From assembly GCA_003133025.1 (NCBI GenBank), contig PKZK01000210.1, positions 1 through 16,908 on the forward strand: 16,908 bases of DNA, read 5' to 3'. Of the stretch, positions 1 through 8,046 are shown one piece after another (the stretch's first letter is position 1; every line of letters starts with the position of its first letter). The notes under the pieces were generated by a model. The model searched no databases and was not told the origin of the DNA. It saw nothing but the letters and a program-made list of their open reading frames with translations. The translations under genes and the position numbers were made by a program. The stretch is from Vulcanimicrobiota bacterium (GTDB lineage Bacteria; Vulcanimicrobiota; Vulcanimicrobiia; Vulcanimicrobiales; Vulcanimicrobiaceae).

Positions 1-23
1 AGGGCGTTGAGCGGATAGCGTAG
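1..23 (+). CDS. Possible 3' end of an upstream gene (...GVERIA*)
   Basis: The frame starting at 3 reads GGC GTT GAG CGG ATA GCG TAG (stop 21-23) and is followed by a hairpin. Too short to identify. Confidence 0.25.
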
Positions 24-30
24 AGCGCGA

Positions 31-59
31 GCCTCGGGGGCGACTGAGATCACCGAGGC
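31..59. terminator. GC-rich stem-loop, possible terminator of the upstream gene
   Basis: GCCTCGG (31-37) pairs with CCGAGGC (53-59). No U-tract follows. Confidence 0.3.
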
Positions 60-84
60 ATATGAACCGCGGAAGGATGCCAGG

Positions 85-111
85 CTGACATCACTGTAAC
101 TAGTATGTCAG
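85..111. promoter_or_regulatory. Operator-like inverted repeat upstream of the ATPase gene
   Basis: CTGACAT (85-91), 13-nt spacer, ATGTCAG (105-111), in an AT-richer stretch about 20 nt before the GTG at 131. Confidence 0.35.
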
Positions 112-130
112 GCTGTCACTTATCGAGGAC

Positions 131-1333
131 GTGCTCGAGTCCGTGAACCCATTCAACCCGGCTCCTGGTGCGCTCCCCGCCGCGATCGTCGGGCGGGAGC
201 CCGAACTCATTGCGATCCGCGAGGCTCTGCGCCGCATCAAAGGCGGCTCCCCGCCCGTTCCCGTGCTCTTCACGGGCCAGCGGGGCATGGGCAAGACGGC
301 GTTGCTCCAGGAGCTTCGCCGCTTAGCGGGCTCGTCGACCCTGGCGGTGCCCCTCGAAGCGCTTCGGTCGCAGTCGCTCGCGGCTTCGCTCCGTGAGAAG
401 TTCGATACGCTGCTGGATGGCGTCGGCAATCTGCCGGCAAAGACGGGTCGGGCGCTCGAGCGGGTGCTCAAGGATCTGCCGAAGATTTCGTACGAGCTGC
501 CCCATGGCGCCGGGTCGATCGCGTTGCAAGGTTCGGGCGAAGAAGAATCGCACGACCGGTCGCTGGCGACGATGCTGCAGGCGTTACGGGTCGCGGCAGG
601 CGGCGCAAAGCGCTTCATGACGATTACGGTCGACGAGATCCAAGATGCGGACCTGCGTTCGCTCGAAATACTCGTCCGTTTCGTGCACGAGAGCGCTCAG
701 GGCGACGAGCCGGTACTCCTCGCGTCCGCAGGCCTCAACGACAGCCACGTCGTCCTGGAACAACTCAGAACGTACGTGCAGCGCTGGGCTTCGTTCGAGC
801 TTCGACTGCTCACCCAAGCCGAGACGATCGAAGCGTTGTTGGCGCCGATCCTGGAAGCCGATGCGACGATCGAGGAAGAAGCGCTGCAACGCTTGGCCGC
901 GGAGTCCGCAGGCTATCCCGTGTTCATTCAGACCTACGGCAGCGCCGCGTGGGAACGCCATCGTGGCCGAGCGATTACGCTCGGCGACGTCGAGGCGAGC
1001 CTTCCCGAAGCGCGAGCGCGGTGCGAGCTTGCCTTCTACGTGCGGCCACTCGCCCGCATGAGTCCGCGCGAAACGCTCTTCGCGCTTGCGCTAGCCGAAC
1101 TCGGTCCCGGCGCTCACCCGATCGGCGCGGTAGCCCGATCGCTCGGAACCGACGCGCCGTCGATCAGCTCCATTCGCACGACGCTCGTCCGCAAGTCGAT
1201 CATCGCCGTTCCGATGTCGGGCAAGGTCGAGTTTCGCATTCCCTTTACCGACCGCTACTTGCGCGCTCACCGCGAGGAATACGAGAGCGAAGACGTATCG
1301 TCATATCGTCGCCGGCTTGCGGCTGATGGATAG
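131..1333 (+). CDS. AAA+/STAND-like P-loop ATPase (AAA_16-like) with probable C-terminal winged-helix region
   Basis: 400-aa ORF with an N-terminal NPFxPxxG..P..VGRE motif, Walker A GQRGMGKT, Walker B ITVDEIQ, a GYP motif, and a C-terminal helix-helix-wing-like pattern (IGAVARSLG...ISSIRTTLVRKSII...GKVEF). Confidence 0.85.
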   Translation: MLESVNPFNPAPGALPAAIVGREPELIAIREALRRIKGGSPPVPVLFTGQRGMGKTALLQELRRLAGSSTLAVPLEALRSQSLAASLREKFDTLLDGVGNLPAKTGRALERVLKDLPKISYELPHGAGSIALQGSGEEESHDRSLATMLQALRVAAGGAKRFMTITVDEIQDADLRSLEILVRFVHESAQGDEPVLLASAGLNDSHVVLEQLRTYVQRWASFELRLLTQAETIEALLAPILEADATIEEEALQRLAAESAGYPVFIQTYGSAAWERHRGRAITLGDVEASLPEARARCELAFYVRPLARMSPRETLFALALAELGPGAHPIGAVARSLGTDAPSISSIRTTLVRKSIIAVPMSGKVEFRIPFTDRYLRAHREEYESEDVSSYRRRLAADG

Positions 1334-1369
1334 GCAGCACGGCCGTCCCATCACACTGTAGCGCGTCGA

Positions 1370-2542
1370 CTAGGGCTTCTCCAGCACCAGCTTCATCGCC
1401 ACGAAGTCGAACGTGAGTGCATGTGTGTGGAAGTAGAGGTGCGAGAGCGAGCCGCCCGTCTCGAAGGGGAAGATGCCGTATTGATTGCCTTCGGGCGTGT
1501 ACATGCCGGGTACGCCGGTTTGCTCGACGCCTTGGAGCGTAATCGCTGCCGAGAACGGCACCAGTTTGACCATCCCGCCGCCGCCTTGGCCTTCGCCGGC
1601 GTGGGCCGTGTCGAGCGTGACGTGTGAATCGGCTATCGTCGCGGGCGACGCCATGACGCCGACTCCCGCCCCGCCGGTGTCGACGTTGAAGTAGCGCTCA
1701 GGCCCGTCGTTGAGGCGCGCGCGGGTGAAGAGAAAATGATCCCCCACGAGCCACAGCGGCGCGACGATCGCCTTCTCTGCGAGCGCCTTGCGTTCGAAGT
1801 CGGCCGAGGCGTCACGCGGTCGCAATATGAGTTCGCCCTTCGGATAATCGATCGTGGAGAGAAAGCGATACAGGACGCCCGTGCCGATGATGCCGTCGAG
1901 CCGGTGGTCGGCGTCGAGTTTGAAGCCACGGGTCGGCACGACTTTGACCGGCAGATGCGTGATGCGCGCCGCTCCGAGCGCGAGCGAATCGAGCGTGGCG
2001 GTGCGTACGGCGGCCGTCTTTCCACCGGCGAAGATACCGTTGCCCGCGGCGCTCGACGCGATGCCGAGTTCCGTTGCGAACTCGGGGTCGAGCACGGCTT
2101 CCGACGCGCCCGTGTCGAGCAAGAAAAACGCATCGGCTTTATCGTTGACCCGTACTTTGAGAACCGGCAGCGGGTCGGTGAGCGCGAAGGGCACGCGCGT
2201 GCCCTCGCTGGGAACGCTCAGATTCGCGGGATCGAGGTCGGCTTCGCGCCGCTTCGCCTCGGTGATGAGAGCCGCAGCCTTCGGCGCGAGCGGGTCGCTC
2301 GGCGGGATCGAGCCCGCTAGGCGTTCCGCCTCCGGCCGACGGTCCGCATACAGCGCTAGGCGTGCCAGGCCGAGGAGCGCGGCGGCGTTCTTCGGATCGG
2401 CTTGCAGGGCGATGCTCCAGCCCGATTGGGCCGCGCTCCAATCGCCCTTCGTGAAGTCGGCGTCGGCATCGGCACGCGCGGGGGTAGAGAGAGCCGGCAA
2501 CAGCGAGCAGGCCAGGGCGATTGACGAGAGCGCCTTCAGCAT
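1370..2542 (-). CDS. Secreted aspartyl protease family protein: signal peptide, TPR-like region, two retropepsin-like domains
   Basis: Likely start ATG at 2542 (MLKALSSIALACSLLPALSTPARA, a signal peptide with AxA site). TPR-like ALQADPKNAAALLGLARLAL, motifs FLLDTGAS and FNVDTGGAG, and DGIIG. Confidence 0.8.
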   Translation of the reverse strand: MLKALSSIALACSLLPALSTPARADADADFTKGDWSAAQSGWSIALQADPKNAAALLGLARLALYADRRPEAERLAGSIPPSDPLAPKAAALITEAKRREADLDPANLSVPSEGTRVPFALTDPLPVLKVRVNDKADAFFLLDTGASEAVLDPEFATELGIASSAAGNGIFAGGKTAAVRTATLDSLALGAARITHLPVKVVPTRGFKLDADHRLDGIIGTGVLYRFLSTIDYPKGELILRPRDASADFERKALAEKAIVAPLWLVGDHFLFTRARLNDGPERYFNVDTGGAGVGVMASPATIADSHVTLDTAHAGEGQGGGGMVKLVPFSAAITLQGVEQTGVPGMYTPEGNQYGIFPFETGGSLSHLYFHTHALTFDFVAMKLVLEKP

Positions 2543-2625
2543 GATACGCCCGGTACGCTCGTGCCCGTGTCGGTGTTTCACCGGCCGTGGAAGGCCGCGC
2601 GGCGGGCCCGGAGAAGCGCAATCGC

Positions 2626-3730
2626 ATGAGCGACTCGCACCTGACCACCATTGCCCGCCTCGAAGAACGCCTCGCTTCGCTCAAGGAGCGTCTTTGACTA
2701 CGATCGCAAAACCCGCTCGGTAGCGGAACTCGAGCGCCGCACGCATGCGGAAGATTTCTGGAACGATGCGTCCGCCGCGCAGAAGACCATGAAAGAACTC
2801 GCCGATCTTCGAGACGAGGTCGACCGCCTCGCCGGCGTCGGAAAGACCCTGACCGACGCGCGCGAGACCCTCGAAATCCTCGGCGATGAGGAGGGCGCCT
2901 CCGACGAGGTCGACACGCTGCTAGCCAGGGCCGAGGCCGACGTCACCGGGCTCGAGATGGCGGCCAACTTCGACGGCGAGTACGACGCCCACGGCGCGAT
3001 CGTCACCATTCACGCGGGTGCGGGCGGCGTCGACGCCGCCGATTGGACGCAGATCCTCACGCGCATGTACCTGCGCTGGGCGGAAGCGAAGGGCTTCGGC
3101 ACGCAGGTCGCCGAGGAGTCGCCGGCCGAGGAAGCCGGACTGAAGTCGGTGACGTTTTTCGTGCACGGCAAGAACGCGTACGGCATGCTCGAGAGCGAGC
3201 GCGGCGTGCATCGCTTGGTGCGCATGTCGCCGTTCGACTCTCAGCATCGCCGTCACACGTCGTTCGCTTCGGTCGACATCGTGCCGGAAATCGGCAGCGA
3301 CGAAAAGATCGACATCGAGATCCGGCCTGAAGATCTGCGCATCGAGACCTTTAAGTCGGGCGGCGCGGGCGGCCAATACGTCAACAAGACCGAGTCGGCC
3401 ATCCGGATCATCCACGAGCCGAGCGGCATCATCGTCGCCTCGCAACAAGAGCGCTCGCAGACGCAAAATCGCGAAGTGGCCATGAACATCTTGCGCGCCA
3501 AACTCGTGCAGCGCGAACGCGAGGAGCGCGACGCAAAACTCGCCGAACTGCGCGGCGAGCGGCGCGCCAACGAATGGGGTTCGCAAATCCGTTCGTACGT
3601 GCTGCAGCCGTATACCCTGGTCAAAGACCACCGCACCAACGTGGAGACGGGCAACGCGCAGGCGGTGCTCGACGGCGAGATCGACACGTTCGTCTGGCCG
3701 TATCTGCAGCAGCGGGCAAAATGGCAGTAA
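2626..3730 (+). CDS. prfB: Peptide chain release factor 2, expressed via programmed +1 ribosomal frameshift
   Basis: ATG 2626 (GGAG at 2610-2613) opens 23 codons ending CTT TGA. The +1 frame continues from GAC at 2696 to TAA 3728-3730 and contains the SPF stop-recognition motif, GGQ (SGGAGGQYVN), GVHRLVR and WGSQIRSYV. Confidence 0.97.
2683..2698 (+). promoter_or_regulatory. prfB autoregulatory +1 frameshift site with internal Shine-Dalgarno
   Basis: AAGGAG (2683-2688), CGT, then CTT TGA C (2692-2698): the canonical RF2 frameshift cassette. Confidence 0.95.
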
Positions 3731-4611
3731 TCGACGTCGTCGTCGTCTGCTGGAACGACAAGGACAAGATCGCCGTCGCGCTCGATTCGGTGTTCGCCTT
3801 GCGTGAGGTCCGCGACGATCCGTCGTTCGCACGCGTAATCGTGTCCGACAACGGTTCCGAAGACGGCAGTCGCGAGTTCGTGCGCGCGCGCTATGGCGGC
3901 CGGGCCGAGGTGCTCGAAAACGGCGCCAACCTGGGCTTTGCGGCCGCGTGCAATCGCGCGTTTGCGGCCACGTCGTCGCCGTACCTCTACCTCCTCAACC
4001 CCGATGCCGAACTGCGCGACGGCGCCCTCGCGGCCGTCGTCGCGTTCTTGGACGCACACCCGCGTTGCGGCATTGCGGGCTCGCGCATCTACAATACCGA
4101 CGGCTCGATCCAAGAGTCGTGCGGCGAGTTCGACACCTGGACCGGGGCGTACTTGCGTTCGAGCGCCTGGGGTGACTTGCCGCCCTTCAAGCGTTACGCC
4201 AACGGCGCTTCGCTGCGGGCTTGGGACTATTCCGGCGAGCGGCGCGTCGATATCGCGATCGGTGCGGCGCTCGCGCTGCGCCGCGCCATGCTCGACCAAA
4301 TCGGCACGTTCGACGAACGCTTCTTTCTCTATCACGAGGAAGTCGATCTGGCCAAGCGCGCGGCCGACGCCGGGTGGGAAACGTGGTACGTGCCTTCGAG
4401 CGAAGCGGTTCACGAGGGCATGGGCAGCGCTCGCGGACAGTACAACGTCGAGACGCGCAAGCAGCGCTCGCGGCGTGCATACTGGATCAAGCATCACGGG
4501 CCGATCTGGTATGGGGCGCTCGTTGCGGCGCTCGTGGGACGCTATCTGCTCTACGCAGGGGCACTCGCCGCCGTGGTGCTCGCCGCGAGGCGCGGGTTGC
4601 GCCGGCCGTGA
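3721..4611 (+). CDS. Glycosyltransferase family 2 (WbbL/rhamnosyltransferase-like)
   Basis: ATG 3721 overlaps the prfB end. Motifs VVVVCWN, IVSDNGSEDGS, NLGFAAACN, LLNPD, FDERFFLYHEEVD, plus a C-terminal hydrophobic helix. Confidence 0.9.
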   Translation: MAVIDVVVVCWNDKDKIAVALDSVFALREVRDDPSFARVIVSDNGSEDGSREFVRARYGGRAEVLENGANLGFAAACNRAFAATSSPYLYLLNPDAELRDGALAAVVAFLDAHPRCGIAGSRIYNTDGSIQESCGEFDTWTGAYLRSSAWGDLPPFKRYANGASLRAWDYSGERRVDIAIGAALALRRAMLDQIGTFDERFFLYHEEVDLAKRAADAGWETWYVPSSEAVHEGMGSARGQYNVETRKQRSRRAYWIKHHGPIWYGALVAALVGRYLLYAGALAAVVLAARRGLRRP

Positions 4612-4955
4612 CCTCGCCCGAAGCGATCGTCACGTTCGAGGGGAGCGACGGCTTCCGCGTCGTCGAGCGCTTCGGCGAGGTTCGCGGTGAGGCGGTGTGC
4701 CCCAGGAATATCTTGCGTTCGACCTTTCGCACGATCGGCGTGCTGATCGGTCTCGCCCCGCTCGACCATCTCACCGACGCGGAGCGCGTGCGCGGCGACT
4801 GCCTGACGCGCTTGCTGGCCGACGCGTCGCGCCTGGGCGCCAACGGCGTCGTCGGCCTCCACTTCGAAGCGGTGGAACAAAGCGACGGCGGCACGCGCGT
4901 GCGTGCCTTCGGTGAAGCGGTATTGCTCGACCCCGACCCGAGTGCGCCCCGGTGA
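4608..4955 (+). CDS. YbjQ/UPF0145 family (putative heavy-metal-binding) protein
   Basis: GTG 4608 in a GTGA overlap with the GT2 stop. 115 aa: IVTFEGSDGFRVVERFGEVRG...A.RLGANGVVGLHF...AFGEAV matches the YbjQ pattern. Confidence 0.8.
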   Translation: MTSPEAIVTFEGSDGFRVVERFGEVRGEAVCPRNILRSTFRTIGVLIGLAPLDHLTDAERVRGDCLTRLLADASRLGANGVVGLHFEAVEQSDGGTRVRAFGEAVLLDPDPSAPR

Positions 4956-5614
4956 GCCTCGCCGTGCGGTCGGCCCGCGAACGGCGACTCGCGCATGCGT
5001 CGGCAATCGTCGAGCGTTGCCGCAAATGTGCGATCGGCTCCACGCGCACGCAGAGCGTGTACGGCGAAGGCGATCCCTGCGCGGACCTGATGGTGGTGGG
5101 CGAAGGCCCGGGCGAGACCGAGGATCGCCTCGGCCGGCCCTTCGTGGGCCGCGCCGGCGAACTCTTGGATCGCATGCTGTTGGCGATCGATCTGCCTCGC
5201 GAAAGCGTCTTCATCTGCAATACCGTCAAATGCCGGCCCACGCTCGAGGAGGGCGGGAAGCTGCGCAATCGCGCGCCCGAACCGGCGGAAATGGCCAACT
5301 GCCGTCCCTATCTCGACGAACAGATCGAGATCGTTTCGCCGCGCGTGATCCTCGCGTTAGGCGCGCCTGCGGCCCGCTCGTTCATGGGCCCGAAGTTCTC
5401 GATCAGCAAGCAGCGCGGGCTGTGGTTCGAAGGACCGGGAGGCATCCCATTGCTCGCAACCTTCCATCCCGCGTATCTCCTGCGCCAGACGGGCGGCGAA
5501 TTGACGGCGGTCAAGCGCCTGGTCTGGGGCGATCTCAAAGCCGTGCGCAGCAAACTCGACGAGCGTCCGCAAGCGCCCACGCCGGAAATCGTTCAGCCCG
5601 ACCTCTTTGGGTAA
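4952..5614 (+). CDS. Uracil-DNA glycosylase, family 4 (UdgA type, [4Fe-4S])
   Basis: CRKC, GEGPG.TED..G.PFVG.AG, NTVKCRP, C in NCRPYL, and FHPAYLLR. GTGA overlap with the upstream gene. Confidence 0.93.
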   Translation: MSLAVRSARERRLAHASAIVERCRKCAIGSTRTQSVYGEGDPCADLMVVGEGPGETEDRLGRPFVGRAGELLDRMLLAIDLPRESVFICNTVKCRPTLEEGGKLRNRAPEPAEMANCRPYLDEQIEIVSPRVILALGAPAARSFMGPKFSISKQRGLWFEGPGGIPLLATFHPAYLLRQTGGELTAVKRLVWGDLKAVRSKLDERPQAPTPEIVQPDLFG

Positions 5615-5626
5615 GCACCAAAGTAA

Positions 5627-5671
5627 TGTCTCGGCGGGGGCAGCACCGTCCGCGTCGAGTTGCCGCTCGAG
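5627..5671 (+). pseudogene. Possible remnant of a sensor histidine kinase C-terminus (HATPase_c end)
   Basis: After TAA (5624-5626) the frame reads CLGGGSTVRVELPLE, resembling the GxGstfxvxLP end of HATPase_c. No start codon or upstream domain. Confidence 0.3.
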
Positions 5672-5874
5672 GTGGGTCTGCCGCGGGACGCGCGCGGCCT
5701 CTTGCCGCCGCGGGCTAGGCAGCCGCGGCTCGCTAGGCGCTCCCTTGAACGAGCGCGAAGCGCTCGAGCGCACGATGCGTTACGATCCTGGCGGAGCAAT
5801 CGTACATCTCACGGGTCGATAAGACCGCGCTCGCGCTGGCGCTGATCTTCAGCTGCTCGATCGTCTGGAGCGGC

Positions 5875-8046
5875 GTGCCGGCGCTGCGTCACGACTGGGC
5901 TTGGCCGCTGCATCGGGCGGATTTCGCGGGCTGGTATCAGTTTGCCGCGAGCGGCTGGCTGCCGTTCGGCATCGGCGCACCCGTCGAGCACATCGAACGG
6001 TATGTAATCGCCGTTCCCGTGACGCTGCTGGGCTTCGCGCTCGGCGGCTGGGCGTGCCTGTTCGTCTATCTCACCGTGGTCGGATACGTTGTGGCCACGA
6101 CGGGTGCCCTGCTCGCGCGCCGTTTCGCGGACGCCGATGCGCTCACTGCCGGTGCGATCGCAGCCTTCGTGCTCTTCAATCCCTGGACGTATACCGAAGT
6201 GGTGGCCGGCCACATCGAGATGATTCTCGGCGCAGCGGGCATCGCCGGCATGCTCGCCTACCTCACCTCGCCGCGGCGTGAAGGCGATTCTCTGCGCCTG
6301 GCACTCTACGTGGTGCTCGCCTACACGCAATTGCAATTCTTTCTGATCGCGCTCGTGCTCGCCGCGAGCGCCGTGGCGATGCGGCGCGGCAAGTTGCCGT
6401 TGCTGACCGCGGTCTCGATCGGCATGCCGACGTTCGTGGGCGTAGCGGGAAACTTCGCGTCCCTCTCGGGCACGCCGACGGAGATCCCTTGGGCCCGCTT
6501 TCAGTCCATCGATCCCGGCTCGGCATGGCGTCTCTTGGGCTACTTCACGTCGTATGCCGACGCGTTCGTGCCGGTCAGTTGGGCGATCGGGATCGTCTGC
6601 GTCGCCGCGTGCGCGGGCGTATTCTTCATGCGCGCGCGCAAGGCTGCGTGGTGCTACGTCGTTGCGGCCGGCGCGCTGTTGCTGGCGGTGACCGGGCTGC
6701 GCGGTCCGCTCGCCTCGGTCTACGCATCGCTGCTGCAGAGTTTTCCGCCCCTGGGCGTCTATCGCGAACTCTACGATCTGGTCGGTTTGCTCGTGCTCTG
6801 CTATGCGGCGGCGGCTGCCGGCGGTGCGGCGCGCTCGCGGGTGGTGCGCGCGTTGCTGACGTTGGCCTCCGCGGTGCTCGTGGTGACGTGGCTTGCGACC
6901 GGGATCACGCGCTGGTGGGTGCCGGCGCAACGTCTCCCCGCCGTCGACGTTGCGGTTGGTCCCACCGAGCGATACGCCCTGACGCCTGCGTTCCAGCCGT
7001 TTCGCTTCGGACTCTTGGGCGACGGCGCCGATCCCGATGCCTTCCCGCGCGCACACGGTGTCGTTTCGCTCAACGAGTACGATCCGCGGTATCCCGGCAA
7101 TGCGGCGCTCGCGCGCTTTTCGGCTACGGGCGATACGCACGACCTCGCCGCGCTGGGCGTCGCCGCCGTGTACGGCCGTTCGTGGCTCGAGCCCACCGTG
7201 ACCGGTCGCGAATACGCGCGCAGCGTCGCTCCCTCGGAGCCTTTACGGCTAGCCGGTGCGGCGCCGCTCGTGAGCCTCTTGCCGCTTCCGGCCTTGAGCG
7301 CGACCGGCACGCGCATCGGCGCCGGCAACGCATTTTTCGGTGACGTGGCGGGACTTGCCGGTCCGGGCGTACCGGAGGCGTGGCGCGCGTTGCCCCGCGT
7401 GCGGCCGATCGTCGCGGGTAAGGACGAAGTCGATCCGGCGCGGGGTTGGGTCGACGCGCGCTTAGCCTTCATCGCGAAACCGCAGTTCGCGCAGCCCTTC
7501 GGCGGGGTGCTGACCAGTTCGTCGCGGCCGTACGCGCTCCGCGAGCCCGCGCGTGGAGTCTTGGCCGACGTCGAGGGACGACTCTCCGACGCGGACGGCG
7601 CGGTCGTCGGCGCCGACACCGGCGGCTATCGCTGGCTTTCGTTACCGAGCGGCGCCGCCGCATTGCACTGCGAAGGAACCTGCGCGCTCGCGCTTTTCGG
7701 CGATCCGCCCGCGCTGGAGGAAGGGCCCGACCATCCGGCCACCGCGGTGCCCGCTGAGATCCGCCTTGCCTGGCTCGTGGTCGCGCACGTGCCGGCGGGT
7801 TCCGGCCTTCCGGCCCTGCGTCTGAACGAGCGCTACGATCCGCACTGGGTGGCCCTCGCCGGCTTGCGAACCTTGCCGCATCTTCGCCTGGACGGCACGG
7901 TCAACGGCTGGCTCGACGTTCCCGCGCAGGGCGGCGATCTCTACCTGCTCAACGTGCTCGCGCTGCTGCAGGCGCTCTTCCAGATCCCCGGTGCGCTCTG
8001 GGTCGTCTTTCTGCTCGTGCGCGCCGTGGTATACTGGTCGCCGTGA
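5875..8046 (+). CDS. Large polytopic membrane protein, GT-C/YfhO/AftD-like; true start probably upstream (about 5788-5815)
   Basis: At least 723 aa with many hydrophobic segments in the N-terminal half (LRHDW, LFNPW motifs), a soluble domain, a YfhO-like LNERYDPHW...VNGW motif and a final TM helix. The stop overlaps the rlmN start (GTGA). Confidence 0.7.
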   Translation: MPALRHDWAWPLHRADFAGWYQFAASGWLPFGIGAPVEHIERYVIAVPVTLLGFALGGWACLFVYLTVVGYVVATTGALLARRFADADALTAGAIAAFVLFNPWTYTEVVAGHIEMILGAAGIAGMLAYLTSPRREGDSLRLALYVVLAYTQLQFFLIALVLAASAVAMRRGKLPLLTAVSIGMPTFVGVAGNFASLSGTPTEIPWARFQSIDPGSAWRLLGYFTSYADAFVPVSWAIGIVCVAACAGVFFMRARKAAWCYVVAAGALLLAVTGLRGPLASVYASLLQSFPPLGVYRELYDLVGLLVLCYAAAAAGGAARSRVVRALLTLASAVLVVTWLATGITRWWVPAQRLPAVDVAVGPTERYALTPAFQPFRFGLLGDGADPDAFPRAHGVVSLNEYDPRYPGNAALARFSATGDTHDLAALGVAAVYGRSWLEPTVTGREYARSVAPSEPLRLAGAAPLVSLLPLPALSATGTRIGAGNAFFGDVAGLAGPGVPEAWRALPRVRPIVAGKDEVDPARGWVDARLAFIAKPQFAQPFGGVLTSSSRPYALREPARGVLADVEGRLSDADGAVVGADTGGYRWLSLPSGAAALHCEGTCALALFGDPPALEEGPDHPATAVPAEIRLAWLVVAHVPAGSGLPALRLNERYDPHWVALAGLRTLPHLRLDGTVNGWLDVPAQGGDLYLLNVLALLQALFQIPGALWVVFLLVRAVVYWSP

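Noticed and set aside
89..1360. CATCACTGTA (89-98) and CATCACACTGTA (1349-1360) flanking the ATPase gene as insertion target duplications
   Set aside because: The match is short and imperfect, and no integrase or transposase is nearby, so it could be chance.
131..2542. ATPase plus protease as a two-gene defence or signalling system
   Set aside because: The genes are convergent and the protease carries a signal peptide, so they are unlikely to be co-transcribed or in the same compartment.
2651..2697. TTG-2651 start of prfB, or prfB as a frameshifted pseudogene
   Set aside because: The canonical programmed frameshift cassette and the ATG at 2626 explain it.
4952..5614. Calling the glycosylase UdgX
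   Set aside because: It lacks GEQPG and the KRRIH histidine and retains UdgA-type motifs.
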